Below are positions 1 through 8,285 of a stretch of DNA of 46,372 nt, one piece after another. Origin of the DNA: Candidatus Methanoperedens sp. Its GTDB lineage: Archaea; Halobacteriota; Methanosarcinia; Methanosarcinales; Methanoperedenaceae. How positions within the stretch are numbered: the first letter of the stretch is position 1; every line of letters begins with the position of its first letter. Below the pieces are notes generated by a model that saw only the letters and a list, made by a program, of their open reading frames with translations, made no database searches and was not told where the DNA came from. A program made the position numbers and the translations under genes. The stretch is taken from assembly GCA_023249275.1 (NCBI GenBank), contig JAHFCV010000001.1, positions 1 through 46,372 of the forward strand, in the 5' to 3' direction.

Positions 1-570
1 CCTTCCGATAACATATATCTCTGCGCTCTGCTTTCGAGAAGCCACCGGGGAAAACGCCTTGACCTTCACAAAACTCTGCCGTACCATATCAAGGAAATCA
101 GGAAATAAATCCCCCTGGAATACTTTCACCGCAAACCCTCCACCTGGTTTTAAAATCTTACCCGCACACTCAAGAGCAGAGGTAGCAAGGTCGATGGAGC
201 GCGCGTGGTCATAACTCCAGTTTCCTGTCAGATTGGGCGCAGCATCGCATATAACCACATCAGTTCCCTCTTTTTTTATTCTTTCCCTGATTTTTTCCAC
301 GGTCGCATCAAGTCGGATATCCCCTTTTATTGTTTCAACCCCTTCAATTTTCTCGATAGGCAGTATATCCACGCCAACTATTTTACCTCCTGAAATCTCT
401 TTTGCAACCTGGAGCCATCCTCCGGGAGCAGCGCCGAGGTCAACAACAGTATCGCCTTTTTTAATAATGTTAAATTTTTCATTTATCTGCTTAAGTTTAA
501 AAGCTGCGCGCGAGCGATAACCCTCATCCTTGGCTTTTTTATAAAAATAATCCCTTCTATCGCGCGGCAT
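1..570 (-). CDS. rlmE: 23S rRNA (uridine-2'-O)-methyltransferase RlmE/FtsJ, truncated by the window edge
   Basis: Hand translation from ATG at 570: MPRDRRDYFYKKAKDEGYRSRAAFKLKQINEKF...VVDLGAAPGGW...DAAPNLTGNWSYDHARS...FAVKVFQG...ASRKQSAEIYVIG; YRSRAAFKL and DLGAAPGGW are RlmE signatures. Not in the ORF track. Confidence 0.95.
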   Translation of the reverse strand, partial: MPRDRRDYFYKKAKDEGYRSRAAFKLKQINEKFNIIKKGDTVVDLGAAPGGWLQVAKEISGGKIVGVDILPIEKIEGVETIKGDIRLDATVEKIRERIKKEGTDVVICDAAPNLTGNWSYDHARSIDLATSALECAGKILKPGGGFAVKVFQGDLFPDFLDMVRQSFVKVKAFSPVASRKQSAEIYVIGR

Positions 571-1504
571 AAATCTCTTTATTCCCTACATACACCCACT
601 GGTCATAAATGCCTTTTTCATCGGTATTATCTATTAATTCCCCTGTAATCCTGTTTTTTTCAAGGGCGACTTTAAGAATCTCCATCTCTTCTTTTTTATT
701 TACAGTCAGCAATATCATCCCTTCGGGCTTCATGACCCTGACTGCTTCAACCATCATTTTTTCCCATATAGCTTTGTTAAAAGGATATATCGTGCCCAGC
801 ATGAAACCGACTACTGTATCAAATGTATTTTCTGCAAAAAATTCAGATAGCCTTGTAGCGTCAAGAACAATCGTCCTTTTCGGGTCAAGCACGTTATGTT
901 CAAGCCCCTGGCATATCTGGCATTTATCGTAATCTGTTGCCAGGGGATTATAACCCATCCTATGAAGAGGCAGCGTGGACATGCCGTTCCCGCAGCATAT
1001 TTCAAGAATATCCCCCTTGAGTCTGTATTTCTCCAGTAATCCTTTCAGCTTGGCATTCCTGCTTTCGATATAAACCATTTCGTATGGTTCTTTTTTTATG
1101 TGGCAATTTTCACATAACTGCCTGTTAACGAGTTGGAAGGAATAATATTCTATGATTGCATTATTAAATTCTGTGGAGGTGGCATTGAACAATTTATTTA
1201 ATTTTAAATTCTTTGCGATACTCGAAAATCTCCTGCTGCTCTCATTAGGCACGGGCTTTGAAGAAACCAGGTTTGTGAAAATAGCCCGGAACTTTTCTGT
1301 ATCATCTGTTTCTGGATTAAAAAGAACTAAACCTGTAATATTATTGTTTTCGTCCTTAATCCCGCTAATCAAAGCTTCAGGGTCTTTCTGGATATTTTCC
1401 AGATATTGCAAGGATAACGTATTGTTTTTTAAGGAAGCGTAGCTTTCTTCAACAAAATAGATATTCTCATCCGCTTCAAGCCCTAAAATATCGTGAATCA
1501 GCAT
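557..1504 (-). CDS. Class I SAM-dependent methyltransferase
   Basis: ILEICCGNG motif I, LATDYD, VLDAT, FDTVV, RVMKPEG. Start moved from 1579 to the ATG at 1504 because the extra 25 codons run through an intergenic hairpin cluster. Confidence 0.8.
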   Translation of the reverse strand: MLIHDILGLEADENIYFVEESYASLKNNTLSLQYLENIQKDPEALISGIKDENNNITGLVLFNPETDDTEKFRAIFTNLVSSKPVPNESSRRFSSIAKNLKLNKLFNATSTEFNNAIIEYYSFQLVNRQLCENCHIKKEPYEMVYIESRNAKLKGLLEKYRLKGDILEICCGNGMSTLPLHRMGYNPLATDYDKCQICQGLEHNVLDPKRTIVLDATRLSEFFAENTFDTVVGFMLGTIYPFNKAIWEKMMVEAVRVMKPEGMILLTVNKKEEMEILKVALEKNRITGELIDNTDEKGIYDQWVYVGNKEIYAAR

Positions 1505-1525
1505 AGTAAATAGACGAACACGAAT

Positions 1526-1612
1526 ATCTGCGTCCCGATTACCCTTCGGGAGCGGGAATCCACGTATGCCTGCGGGCATACGTGTCTGCGCCCTCCCGAG
1601 GCGCGACTCGGG
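1526..1612. repeat. Cluster of three GC-rich stem-loops
   Basis: TCCCG..CCC-TTC-GGG..CGGGA (1533-1557); perfect 10-bp stem CACGTATGCC-tgcg-GGCATACGTG (1561-1584); CCCGAG-gcgcga-CTCGGG (1595-1612). Confidence 0.7.
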
Positions 1613-2212
1613 TCAATCCCCTTCGTCCGGTTCATCATCACGATAGCTTGTATCCCCTACCATGGCAGCACTTATAGAATCTATACCATCGAGCCATTCT
1701 CCCACAAGCCCTTCAGGTATATCATCAAGATGTTTTTCCTTGATTTTCCCGCCCGCAAGGATATTTGCGCCAATTTGTGCAATAGAGTTTAGCGCTGCCC
1801 CCATATTATCCTCCTTTTCCGCTTCGACAGCGCTCTTAATAAGTTTATCAAGGGACTTTGTTTTTTCAAAAGCTTTCTCCAGGTAACATTCGCATGATGC
1901 AAAAACGCCTATTAAAGATAATTGTACAGACTCAATCATCATGTCGATATCTTCGTTTATGGGTTCAATTTTTTTCAGTACTACTTCCTTGATTTCCGCA
2001 AGATATTTCAGCGCATCTTCCTGCGATATCACGTTTTTATCATATTTTGCTATTATTTTCAAACATGCAAGAACCAGGTCATCTTCCATGTAAACAAAAA
2101 CAGCGCCCTTTTGCTGATCATCAATCTTAAAACCGCTATCTTTTACTTTGCTTATCCAGTTGTGCCACCGCTCTTGCGTATAGAAAGGATTTAATTGCTT
2201 TTGTTCCGGCAT
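1613..2212 (-). CDS. Conserved archaeal protein, DUF2150-like
   Basis: 199-aa ORF with FYTQERWHNW N-terminus and acidic C-terminus, recognised as DUF2150-like. Confidence 0.7.
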   Translation of the reverse strand: MPEQKQLNPFYTQERWHNWISKVKDSGFKIDDQQKGAVFVYMEDDLVLACLKIIAKYDKNVISQEDALKYLAEIKEVVLKKIEPINEDIDMMIESVQLSLIGVFASCECYLEKAFEKTKSLDKLIKSAVEAEKEDNMGAALNSIAQIGANILAGGKIKEKHLDDIPEGLVGEWLDGIDSISAAMVGDTSYRDDEPDEGD

Positions 2213-2239
2213 GATTTCTCCAATTGTCCAGGTTATACT

Positions 2240-2641
2240 TTAATATTTGGTCGTCTTTTTGTCTTTGTCCATTCCAACTAATTTTCTTACCTTGCCTATT
2301 AATTCATTCTTCCCAAAAGGTTTTGTTATGTAATCATCAGCCTTTAAAACATGCAGCCCCAGCAGTTTATCTATATTCTGCGCTTTTGCAGTAAGAATGG
2401 CAATAGGTATCTTTGAATTTTTTTCTTTGATTCTCCTGAAAACATCCCAGCCGTCCATATCAGGCATCATTATATCAAGAAGCACTAAATCAGGTTTTGT
2501 CCTGTCTAGTTGAGCCAGCGCTTCCATTCCATTGGCAGCCAGCATTGTTTCAAAACCTCCGCTTTCAAGGACTAACTTAACAAGTTCAAGCGTATCTGGT
2601 TCATCGTCCACTATAAGCACTTTTTTAATAGTATTATTCAT
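2240..2641 (-). CDS. Stand-alone response regulator receiver (REC) protein
   Basis: VLIVDDE, LVLLDIMMP (phospho-Asp), ILTAK, YITKPF; no output domain; 4-bp overlap with the kinase. Confidence 0.93.
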   Translation of the reverse strand: MNNTIKKVLIVDDEPDTLELVKLVLESGGFETMLAANGMEALAQLDRTKPDLVLLDIMMPDMDGWDVFRRIKEKNSKIPIAILTAKAQNIDKLLGLHVLKADDYITKPFGKNELIGKVRKLVGMDKDKKTTKY

Positions 2642-4869
2642 TCTTTCACCGGTTTTGGCAATAAAATATGAAAGGTACTACCCCTATTTTTACTTTCCGC
2701 CCAGATTTTCCCGCCGTGCGCATCTATGATATTTTTTGAAATCCACAAACCCAATCCAGTCCCGCTATATTTTCGTGAGTCTGATGAATCCAACTGGTAA
2801 AACCTGTCAAATATCTGCAAGAGTTTATCCTCGGGAATCCCGATGCCGGTATCACTGATTTTTATATGTACGTTTTCATCTTCTTCTGCTGCTGTAATTC
2901 TTATTTCACCTGTTATTGTAAATTTAATGGCATTATCCACTATATTCGAAAATACCTGAATCAACCGCTCCCTATCGCCTTTGACAGGATGGAGTTGGGG
3001 AATTTCGGTATATATAGGAAGATTTTTAACAGACGCCATTGTTTTCATATCTTCAACAACCTGTGCAACAATGTCGTTAATTTGCAGCATTTGCATGTCA
3101 AGCTGGAGATTCCTGGATTCAATTAGCGTACTGTCAAGCAGGCTCTTTATTAATCTGGTTAACCGTTTCGAATTTCGCAGTATTACCTCAAGCTTATGCC
3201 GCTGTTCCTGGCTTATGTTTTCTTCAAGCAACAGTTCAGTATATCCCAATACCGATGTAAGCGGCGTCCTGAGTTCATGCGATATATTTGAAAGGAAACT
3301 ATCTTTTATCTTATAAAGTTCCTTGAGCTTTAGATATGTTAACCTTAATTCCTCGTAAGAATCCTTAAGCTCTTCTTCAAGTTTTTTCTGGTCTGATACG
3401 TCTTTGATAACGGTAATGATTTTTTCAACGTTGCCTTTGTCATCCTTGATTGGTATTTTACTTGTGCTGGTGTAGATTATTTCGTCATGGTATTCTGTTT
3501 TTTCCTCGCTCAGGAATATTTCCCCTGTCTTAAGAACATACTCGTATTCTTTATCAAGGTATTTCGCTTTCAGGAATGGGAAGGCTTCAAACAGGTTTTT
3601 GTTAATCACCTGGTCTCTTTTGAGTTTCCCCCTGCCGAGTTTAAGTAATTCATCATTAACAGCGAGGATATTCATGTCTTTATCAACGACATGGATTGCC
3701 AGGTTGACATTATTCAGAATCTCTTCGTTAAATTCCTTCAGGTACTTGATGTTGTTATAGAACGCAATATTTTCTTCTTCAAGCACTTTTTGCTGCGTTA
3801 TGTCCCTGATTACTAAAATTATATTCGCAGTTCCTTTTTTATCCCAGAACAGGGAAAGATTTATCTCAAGGATTTTTCTTTTCCCATCGGCGTCAATCTC
3901 CTGTACAAACCTGACCGGAGTCCTTGTTTGCATCAATTTATCTATCGAGCATTCTTCATTTTGTGGCGGGTTTGACCCGAAAATTATCTCGTGGCAGCTT
4001 TTCCCCATTACCTGTTCTTCGCTCAAACCCATTATCTTTAAAAATGATTGATTAATTTTAATAATCTCATGACTGGTATTCACCACAATAATACCGTCTT
4101 CGATGCTGTTAAATAAAGTTTCAAGATATTTTTCTGCAGCTTCTGTTTGTTCTTTTGCCGCGATTAGCTCTTTTATTTTTTGATTCAGGCTCAAAGCCAT
4201 TTCATTAAATGTCTTTGCAAGCTCGCCCAGCTCGTCTCTTGTGTCGATATCTATCCTCTGGTCGAGGAAGCCTTTATTTATCCTGTTTGCGCCCTCGGTA
4301 AGCTTCTCGATGGGTTCTGTCAGCCTTCGTCCAATAAAATACGCAAATACTCCGCCAAGGACTACTGCTGATACCGCTAACAGCAGCAGTTTCCGTGACG
4401 CTTCGAGAATTTGCGCTCTAACCCTGTTTTCCGATACGCCCACATGAACGTAACCTATATTTTTGAAAAGCGGAGCATCAAATTCGTGTATAATCCCCCT
4501 ATCGGTTTCAAATATCCCTTCCTTCATGACATTCGAAGGTTTAGTCCTGTTTTGAAGCGCTTTTGGAAAAACTCCTTCAAATGTATGCACCAGCACCAAT
4601 CCCTGCGAATCCGTAACAAAAATATATGCTATGTCTGGATAACTGTTCCTTGAATCCTCAACCATATTCCTGATTTCTATTAAATCATTTACAAGCAATG
4701 GGTTTGTAACCTCTAATGCCAGATGATTGGCTATTAAAGATCCCTTATCTCGGAACTCGCCTTCAATAATTCCGGATTGAATATCCTGGATGACAAAATA
4801 AGACCCGGTAACTATTAAGAGTATTATAGATAATGTCGAGATAATTATTTTGAATCGAAGGCTGCTCAT
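2638..4869 (-). CDS. Membrane sensor histidine kinase (2 TM, extracellular Cache-like domain, HAMP, 2 PAS, HisKA/HATPase)
   Basis: Two hydrophobic helices; HAMP (PIEKL...DELGELAKTFNEM); PAS ends (IIRDIT-like, IKDVS); H-box SHELRTPL, N-box NIVDNAIKF, DTGIGI, GTGLGL. Confidence 0.95.
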   Translation of the reverse strand: MSSLRFKIIISTLSIILLIVTGSYFVIQDIQSGIIEGEFRDKGSLIANHLALEVTNPLLVNDLIEIRNMVEDSRNSYPDIAYIFVTDSQGLVLVHTFEGVFPKALQNRTKPSNVMKEGIFETDRGIIHEFDAPLFKNIGYVHVGVSENRVRAQILEASRKLLLLAVSAVVLGGVFAYFIGRRLTEPIEKLTEGANRINKGFLDQRIDIDTRDELGELAKTFNEMALSLNQKIKELIAAKEQTEAAEKYLETLFNSIEDGIIVVNTSHEIIKINQSFLKIMGLSEEQVMGKSCHEIIFGSNPPQNEECSIDKLMQTRTPVRFVQEIDADGKRKILEINLSLFWDKKGTANIILVIRDITQQKVLEEENIAFYNNIKYLKEFNEEILNNVNLAIHVVDKDMNILAVNDELLKLGRGKLKRDQVINKNLFEAFPFLKAKYLDKEYEYVLKTGEIFLSEEKTEYHDEIIYTSTSKIPIKDDKGNVEKIITVIKDVSDQKKLEEELKDSYEELRLTYLKLKELYKIKDSFLSNISHELRTPLTSVLGYTELLLEENISQEQRHKLEVILRNSKRLTRLIKSLLDSTLIESRNLQLDMQMLQINDIVAQVVEDMKTMASVKNLPIYTEIPQLHPVKGDRERLIQVFSNIVDNAIKFTITGEIRITAAEEDENVHIKISDTGIGIPEDKLLQIFDRFYQLDSSDSRKYSGTGLGLWISKNIIDAHGGKIWAESKNRGSTFHILLPKPVKE

Positions 4870-5780
4870 TTAACTCGTTTCCTCATTTCCCTGATGGAAT
4901 CATAGGCATTGTCATTTATACTTACAAATCTGTCAATCCTGACATTAGATAGGATTTTCATGCCTTCTTCATCCTTATCCATATTCAGGAATATATTTTT
5001 AAGCCTTTGTTCCAAAAACTGGTCGATTGCCACTGGAACTACTACTGGAGGGATTCCAAAAGGAGGCGAAATTTCAATAATCCTTGTTTTTGCTATAATT
5101 TCAGGTTTAGTATTTTTAATATATTCATACACCAGGCTATCAACAGCAGCCCCGTCTGCCAGCCCTTCCGCTACCGCAATGATGGAATTGTCATGGCTGT
5201 ATGTAAAAAAAGAATTATTCCTGCCGTTTTCATCCATTCCAAAAAAAGATTCGGGCGTTTCATTGATAAGAGCCAGCCTGTACGTGGGATAAAGTTTTCC
5301 GGAGTTGGATAACGGGTCAGAGAACGCAAACTTTTTGCCGCGCAGGTCGAGAAAATCTGTGTAGTTGCTATTGTTTGGAACTATTATGTAGGAGTTGTAT
5401 GTTGTTTTCCCGTACACCTGCGGCGCCACGAGAAGCTTCAATCCCGGCGTAGTGTTGCCATTATCATCGATGTACGCGCCGCCGCATATGAAAGCAAGGT
5501 CTATTTCATTATTCTGTATAAGCTGGTTTATCTCCTGATAGCTCCGCCTCTGCACTGTTTTTACAGGCCCGCCCAGCTTTTGTGAGATATACTGAATCAT
5601 CTCGTCATAATATGCATAGGATTCCTTGGGGGACACCACCGACGCAATAGCGACTTTAACAGCAGTATCATTTGCTCGCAACTCCGGCTCCTGGACGATG
5701 CTGAGATTAACTTTGTCCTGCTTTTCGATACAGCCTGTTATTACCAGCAGGATAAAAATAACCATAAATGCTCTTTTCAT
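4866..5780 (-). CDS. PhnD/phosphonate-binding-family lipoprotein (AioX/ArrT-like oxyanion sensor)
   Basis: Lipobox ITGC; DLAFICGGAY, FAFSDPLSNSG, SHDNSI, DGAAVDS motifs; no ABC permease/ATPase nearby; 4-bp overlap with the kinase. Confidence 0.85.
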   Translation of the reverse strand: MKRAFMVIFILLVITGCIEKQDKVNLSIVQEPELRANDTAVKVAIASVVSPKESYAYYDEMIQYISQKLGGPVKTVQRRSYQEINQLIQNNEIDLAFICGGAYIDDNGNTTPGLKLLVAPQVYGKTTYNSYIIVPNNSNYTDFLDLRGKKFAFSDPLSNSGKLYPTYRLALINETPESFFGMDENGRNNSFFTYSHDNSIIAVAEGLADGAAVDSLVYEYIKNTKPEIIAKTRIIEISPPFGIPPVVVPVAIDQFLEQRLKNIFLNMDKDEEGMKILSNVRIDRFVSINDNAYDSIREMRKRVK

Positions 5781-5783
5781 ACG

Positions 5784-6095
5784 TTATCCTCTGACAAGTT
5801 CTTTAATTAGCCATCCCCAGTATTTTATAGAGGCGATTAGACCGAAAGTCAGTCCAAGCGCGAATAAGGAATCTCCAACTAATCTCGTATTTTGAAAATT
5901 TCCAAAAGATAATGCTGTTGTAATAGCACCCAGTAAAGTAAAAAACATGCCTGCATAATAAAGATAATAATACTTCCTCATCCCCATAACTTCACCCAAT
6001 CGTTTACTGAGGACGCTTAAAAAATAAAGTACAAATGTAAACAAAACAAACACTATGGAATCGGCAAAATTCAATAATTCAAAAAAAAAGCTCAT
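5784..6095 (-). CDS. Small membrane protein (about 3 TM), unknown function
   Basis: 103 aa, three hydrophobic stretches, translationally coupled within the operon. Confidence 0.8.
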   Translation of the reverse strand: MSFFFELLNFADSIVFVLFTFVLYFLSVLSKRLGEVMGMRKYYYLYYAGMFFTLLGAITTALSFGNFQNTRLVGDSLFALGLTFGLIASIKYWGWLIKELVRG

Positions 6096-6367
6096 TTCAC
6101 GCCCACCATTTTTCTATACAGGTAAAAACTTGCAAGAAAAGAGCTGAATGCGCCGAGAAATTCTATGGATTCATGTAAAATTCTATTATATGGATATAAT
6201 TCAGCCGCTGCGACAAAAAGGACAAAAATCGGAACAAAATAAAAATAATAAAAAGTTTTGACGCCGAATTTCTTTTCATAAAATATAGCTATTGCAGTTA
6301 CGAAAATCATGAGGAAACTTGCTGCAATCCATGAATATATCTCAATGATGTCTTGTATATCTATCAT
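6092..6367 (-). CDS. Small membrane protein (about 3 TM), unknown function
   Basis: 91 aa, three hydrophobic stretches, 4 bp from the KaiC-like gene and 4-bp overlap with the next gene. Confidence 0.8.
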   Translation of the reverse strand: MIDIQDIIEIYSWIAASFLMIFVTAIAIFYEKKFGVKTFYYFYFVPIFVLFVAAAELYPYNRILHESIEFLGAFSSFLASFYLYRKMVGVK

Positions 6368-6371
6368 ATCA

Positions 6372-7814
6372 TTATTTCTTAAAAGCCTCTACAAAAGCCT
6401 CGGACGGCGTCTTTGTAGGACAGCCCGATAAAATGCCGGAATATCCGCTGAACGGCAGTCTGATTTCAGCACCCTTTTCACCGATAACAACTTCCCTTAT
6501 CTCCTTGTCATGATTGCTGCCTCTCATCTTGAGTACGGATATGGATTTTCTCATCTCGCTTTTTATCTCAAGATACCGGAGCAGTATGATAGTATCCATG
6601 TAGGGGGAAATACCGGTTCCCGTGAGCTGTATTGCCCCTGTAAGGTTTGAACTCTCATTTGTGTAGAGAGCCGTAATATTTTTATTTTTTAAAATGGTGA
6701 TGATACCGCCCATATATTCAGGAAATTGCGTATACTGCGGCAGCATCCTCTGGAGCCTGACTGTCCCGTCTAACAGCAAACGCCTGGCTTTTATTTTTTC
6801 AATCGTTTCTTCTATTTGAATCGCCAGCTCATAGGCATTGGATTCAAGGGGAGATATTATTTTGAGCAGGTTTTTATTTTCAAAATCTTTTAAGTTCCAG
6901 CCGAACATTTTTGAATTTTCAAGTATCTGTTCCGTATCCTCTTCAAAAGAAACTATTATGCCGGGTTCTTTTTTTAATAAGCCATCCACAATAAATTGTG
7001 TTCCAAGCGTTGTCTTCCCGGTTCCGCTTGAGCCTGAAACCAATACAGAAGAACCCCGCATAAAACCGCCACCGGTCATCTTGTCCAATCCATTTATCCC
7101 TGTGGATACCCGTTCATTTAATATAGACGTCCTTGCGGTTGCATGCAACCTGGGATATACCACAAAACCGTTTTTTGTTATCTTACACGAATGTTTGCCT
7201 CCATAGAAATCCTGCCCCCTCATTTTGAGAACATTCAGGTAACGCACATTCTGCTCGTAAAAGGGTTCATTGCCGATATAAATAATACCGTCCACAAGAT
7301 AGCTTAACGTGCTTTTAACAAGCTCATCTTCGGTAGATTCGCCTGTTAATAAAACAAGTGCATTCCAGCCCTTCATACTCGTGAAAAAATCATAATAGAA
7401 TTGGCGCCGGGATGCCTCATCCAGCCCATAAGCAAATACATTCACCGGGTCGATAACAATCCTGTCAGGTCTGATTGCTTCTATGTTCGTTTCTATTTCT
7501 TTTATGATAGCGTCTGAACCCTTATGGATGATATCAATATCAATAGGCACATATTTTACATTTCCTTTTCCCAGTAATGAAAAATTATAGAAGGAAAATT
7601 TGGACATGAAATTATTAATCATGGCTATCGGCTCAGAAAGCGCTGTGATATACATGCAGCTCTCTTCATTTTTTGCGGCATTAAACAATGATTGCATTAC
7701 AAAAGTGGTTTTACCTGTCCCTGCCGCGCCGGCTATCAGCACAATTGACGGTCGCAGGAACCCTCCTTCCAGCACTGAATCAAGCCCGTTTACGCCTGTG
7801 CTAACCTGCTTCAT
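6372..7814 (-). CDS. kaiC: KaiC-like double-domain RecA-superfamily ATPase
   Basis: Two STG(V/I)NGLD starts, two Walker A (GAAGTGKT, GSSGTGKT), two VLKMRG arginine fingers, SFEE in domain II, KaiC-like tail GILSGCPT. Confidence 0.9.
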   Translation of the reverse strand: MKQVSTGVNGLDSVLEGGFLRPSIVLIAGAAGTGKTTFVMQSLFNAAKNEESCMYITALSEPIAMINNFMSKFSFYNFSLLGKGNVKYVPIDIDIIHKGSDAIIKEIETNIEAIRPDRIVIDPVNVFAYGLDEASRRQFYYDFFTSMKGWNALVLLTGESTEDELVKSTLSYLVDGIIYIGNEPFYEQNVRYLNVLKMRGQDFYGGKHSCKITKNGFVVYPRLHATARTSILNERVSTGINGLDKMTGGGFMRGSSVLVSGSSGTGKTTLGTQFIVDGLLKKEPGIIVSFEEDTEQILENSKMFGWNLKDFENKNLLKIISPLESNAYELAIQIEETIEKIKARRLLLDGTVRLQRMLPQYTQFPEYMGGIITILKNKNITALYTNESSNLTGAIQLTGTGISPYMDTIILLRYLEIKSEMRKSISVLKMRGSNHDKEIREVVIGEKGAEIRLPFSGYSGILSGCPTKTPSEAFVEAFKK

Positions 7815-7830
7815 GTTATCACCCCGGGTA

Positions 7831-8196
7831 TCAGCCCAAAACCTGCTTTATCTGTTCTGACGCCTTTGTCATCTCTATCAGAACTAACCCAAGACCTGCA
7901 TCAGGTCTGGTCATAACTAAGAGCAAAGCTTTTGACCCTGCCCCAGTTCCGATTATTCTCCCGTGTTTTGATTCTACGATTATCCTGTCCGGAATGCCTT
8001 TTCCAAGCTCAGTGGTTGCGGTTTCAGCCGCGCCAATCATTGTGGCAGACATTGCTACAAAGGTTTCAGCGTGTTGTTTTTTGGAAATGGTTGAGCAGAT
8101 AAGTAAGCCGTCCCTGCTTGCCACTGCCGATGCTTCGACACCTCCGATATTGTTAATGTCATTTAAGATTTTTTCAAGCATTTCTGTTGTTGCCAT
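7831..8196 (-). CDS. Roadblock/LC7 (MglB-like) protein
   Basis: GVEASAVASRDGLLICS...AMSATMIGAAETA...ELG...IIVES...LGLVLIEM pattern; alternative start at 8208. Confidence 0.9.
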   Translation of the reverse strand: MATTEMLEKILNDINNIGGVEASAVASRDGLLICSTISKKQHAETFVAMSATMIGAAETATTELGKGIPDRIIVESKHGRIIGTGAGSKALLLVMTRPDAGLGLVLIEMTKASEQIKQVLG

Positions 8197-8285
8197 AAAC
8201 ACGCCCATGTTAATACAAGCCTTGTTGGATATATATTTTCTTATTAAATCATAATCACAATGATGGTCTTTTCTTGAATACTTAA

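Noticed and set aside
1090-1125. CENCH (CxxCH) heme-c motif in the methyltransferase
   Set aside because: Single motif in a cytoplasmic protein with no signal peptide; likely chance or a metal site.
4866-5780. Phosphonate ABC transporter
   Set aside because: No phnC or phnE; the gene is coupled to a histidine kinase instead.
6372-7814. Circadian clock
   Set aside because: No kaiA or kaiB in the window, and the second phosphosite is replaced by Pro.
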